From Squalus acanthias (Eukaryota): 64,000 bases of DNA. Both the position numbers and the translations under genes were made by a program. The DNA lies in contig CM059432.1 of the NCBI GenBank assembly GCA_030390025.1, forward strand, positions 104,906,001-104,970,000, given 5' to 3'. Shown here one piece after another: positions 61,561 to 64,000 of the stretch; the stretch's first letter is position 1, and each line of letters opens with the position of its first letter. The notes under the pieces are model-generated. The model searched no databases. It was not told the origin of the DNA and saw nothing but the letters and a program-made list of their open reading frames with translations.

Positions 61561-63699
61561 AAACAAGCTTACGGGTATAACAAAAGCCACACATTTGATC
61601 TGAAATATGTAGAAAGCCAAACAGTAATACAATAACCTGTCTTATGCTGTAGTTACATATTCCTTCAAGATACAGGCCAAATTTTTATTTTAAATCATTT
61701 CAATTTAGCTTAATTTTACTTATGCAGAAAGAAAAGCGCAATGCAAGAAGCTTGAAAAAGAAAGAATCTGTTGTATAATCAAGATTAAAAACTCACAGAT
61801 GCAAAGGAAAAAAACACCCCCTCCCTCACATGTGGTGTTGGGGCAGAAGGAGGAAAGGAAAAAGAAACAAATCACTGAAATTAAAAGAAGCTGAAATGCA
61901 GTAGGGTTCCTGGTTCAACCTTTGATGCTTTGTGTCTCCAATGTCATGTATATTTACCTAGAGTATCCACAAGTCAGTCTTGTTTTTTTTAAGTAAGTCA
62001 GTCTTGTTGGGTGAGCATTACAGAGGAGCTCACTGAAAACACTGATTGAGCCTAGGCAGCTTAAGTAAATACTATACTGACAAGAGAACTCGGAGGGCCA
62101 GTATTCTTTTTTAAACATCTGGAAGGGATACTGGTTCATTCCAGCTCCATGCTTACAAGTTTTTTTTATGGTCTAGAAGCACGAGGCAGAGGTAACTGAT
62201 TTATGGAGTTTCTAAAACTTACAATCTCCTAAATGGGCAGTGATTGAAATTTAGCTTAGTGTACCTACTTGCATTTGAAAGTCAAATTCTCATACACTCA
62301 AAACTAAAAAGTTGATTTGACACAGCATAAGCAAATTTGCTTTAAAACATTTACAAAAAGGTAACCAAACACTGCCTTTTCATTTGTTTTCGGAAGTGTA
62401 TCAATGATCAGTGCTACAAGGAAGACTTTGATTCTTCACTACAAAACATCTTGTACCCTGTCAGCTTGCATTAAAAAATTGCAATGACTTAGAATCTTTA
62501 GAAAAACATGAATGTTTCAGACAACCCTTTCACCGGCCAGTTGTGATACAGAAGCTATTGGCAAGGCACTAAATTCTAGTTGCTGCACAGTTCACTTTCT
62601 CAAGTCTAAATTTCTTGTTTGCTAATTGTTTTAGGTTTTGGATAAAATTTACACTAAGTTACAACTTGTTTAGCTCAGTGCTAGGAAATGTTGCTGTTAC
62701 ACTATTCAAATTTGCTAAATTTAAACGTTTTGTACTGCATCATTTTTGACTAATGTAAAAAGAAAATCCATCTTTAAATTAAATGAAAGTCAATCAGTAG
62801 ATAAGGCCATGAAACAGAAATACGAGTCAACACCATCTCTCCAGTTGTTCAGACCTAAATAGGGTTTATACTTGTGAAAGGATTAACAGTTAACGTACTG
62901 CCAGAAGAAAATAGACTTTAAAATGCACACGATGATAGGAATCTCAATGGGAAACTAATACAAGACGAGACATACTGCTAACCTTAGAAGGTGCAAATCT
63001 TCCTATGTATAATTCTGTACTTAGTGAACCTTCTATCAGTAACGTGACAGCTTCTCTGTCAACTTGTAAAAAAAAATTCTTTGACACACCACTGAATTAG
63101 CTTCAATACCAGTGGCACAAGATCAAAAAAAAAACATCGACCGTAATAGTCCGACCAACCTTCACCACGTCTACGAACTAAACACAGACTCAATGCTACT
63201 AATAACTCTTGGATTCTAACCAGTATCTGACTGTGAGGAAGTCAGCAAATAAAACATCACACCACCTAGACACTAGAATTGTGACGCCTTACACACTAAG
63301 AGGTAGAGAACAGCTAATTTCATCAGACACCCAAAACAGCACGTCCAACGCTTACAGTGGTATCACAGACCACTGTACTTCGATAACTTGGTAAGCTACA
63401 AAGATGTATCTGTGACCCATTCTGTGAATGTGTGAAGCAGATGGGATTACTTTTTTTTTAAATGACAATCAAAAGTGAAAATCGAATGCATCTGAACGTA
63501 ATTTAGTTCTGTAAGAATGACAGCCCTAGTCTGCCCCAATAGGGAAATTTTCTCACTTCTTCCACAACTTTCTCCCATACGCTCCTTAAAGTAATGACTC
63601 TTGCGGACTCTACAAAATATGCTAGCAGCCCTGTGATAACTCATTAAGTAGCCAGTCCAGACGGAGAGTATCGACAGGCTATTTCCTCATGGTGGGGGA

Positions 63700-63960
63700 G
63701 CAACTGGGCATCACAGCAGGACTCGAGCTTACCACCCCAATATCCATACGTGCCTAATTTCCATTAAGAGCCACTGGACAATGATCAGGAATAGAATCAC
63801 TGGACAATTGTTCCGCCCACCCAAGGTGGCAAGACCATTTAAGTACCACCATACCAGCGGAGCTCAGCTAACTCAGCACAGATCAGGAATTGAACCTGGG
63901 ACCTTCCTGGTCTGAAAAGGCAAGTGTGACATCTGGCAGAGCATTTATCCACTGAGTCAA
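63700..63960 (-). mobile_element. tRNA-derived SINE head region (third SINE family)
   Basis: Reverse complement reads TGACTCAGTGG (A-box-like)...CAGGAAGGTCCCAGGTTCAATTCC (B-box) TGATCTGTGCTGAGTTAGCTGA. Confidence 0.55.
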
Positions 63961-64000
63961 CATGGGCGCTAGTTACAGGATTTCATCCTGGAGCGAGCAC

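Overview
This is eukaryotic, vertebrate-type genomic DNA. The repeat content points to a cartilaginous fish (shark or ray): HE1-like V-SINEs, SacSINE1/AmnSINE1-like Deu-domain SINEs and HER1-like CR1 LINEs. I could not confidently identify any host protein-coding exon, rRNA, tRNA or CRISPR array. Every ORF in the track that I could recognise is a decayed retroelement or transposon fragment. A large part of the window is layered transposable elements: CR1 and L2 LINEs, a second CR1-clade LINE, three Penelope-like (Neptune-type) insertions with target-site duplications (TSDs), SINEs, and hAT-, Tigger- and Harbinger-like non-autonomous DNA transposons. These are separated by AT-rich unique sequence that is probably intronic, UTR or intergenic. 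The most notable observations are: (1) minimal hammerhead-ribozyme motifs at the Penelope-like 3' ends, with stem covariation across copies and an overlapping branch point/3' splice site; (2) a palindromic element built from two such ends; (3) a 17-unit hairpin-containing minisatellite that arose inside a Deu-SINE; (4) a Harbinger derivative retaining Myb/SANT remnants; (5) multi-layer nested insertions. Family names are assigned from memory of consensus motifs, not from a database search. Boundaries of old elements are approximate.
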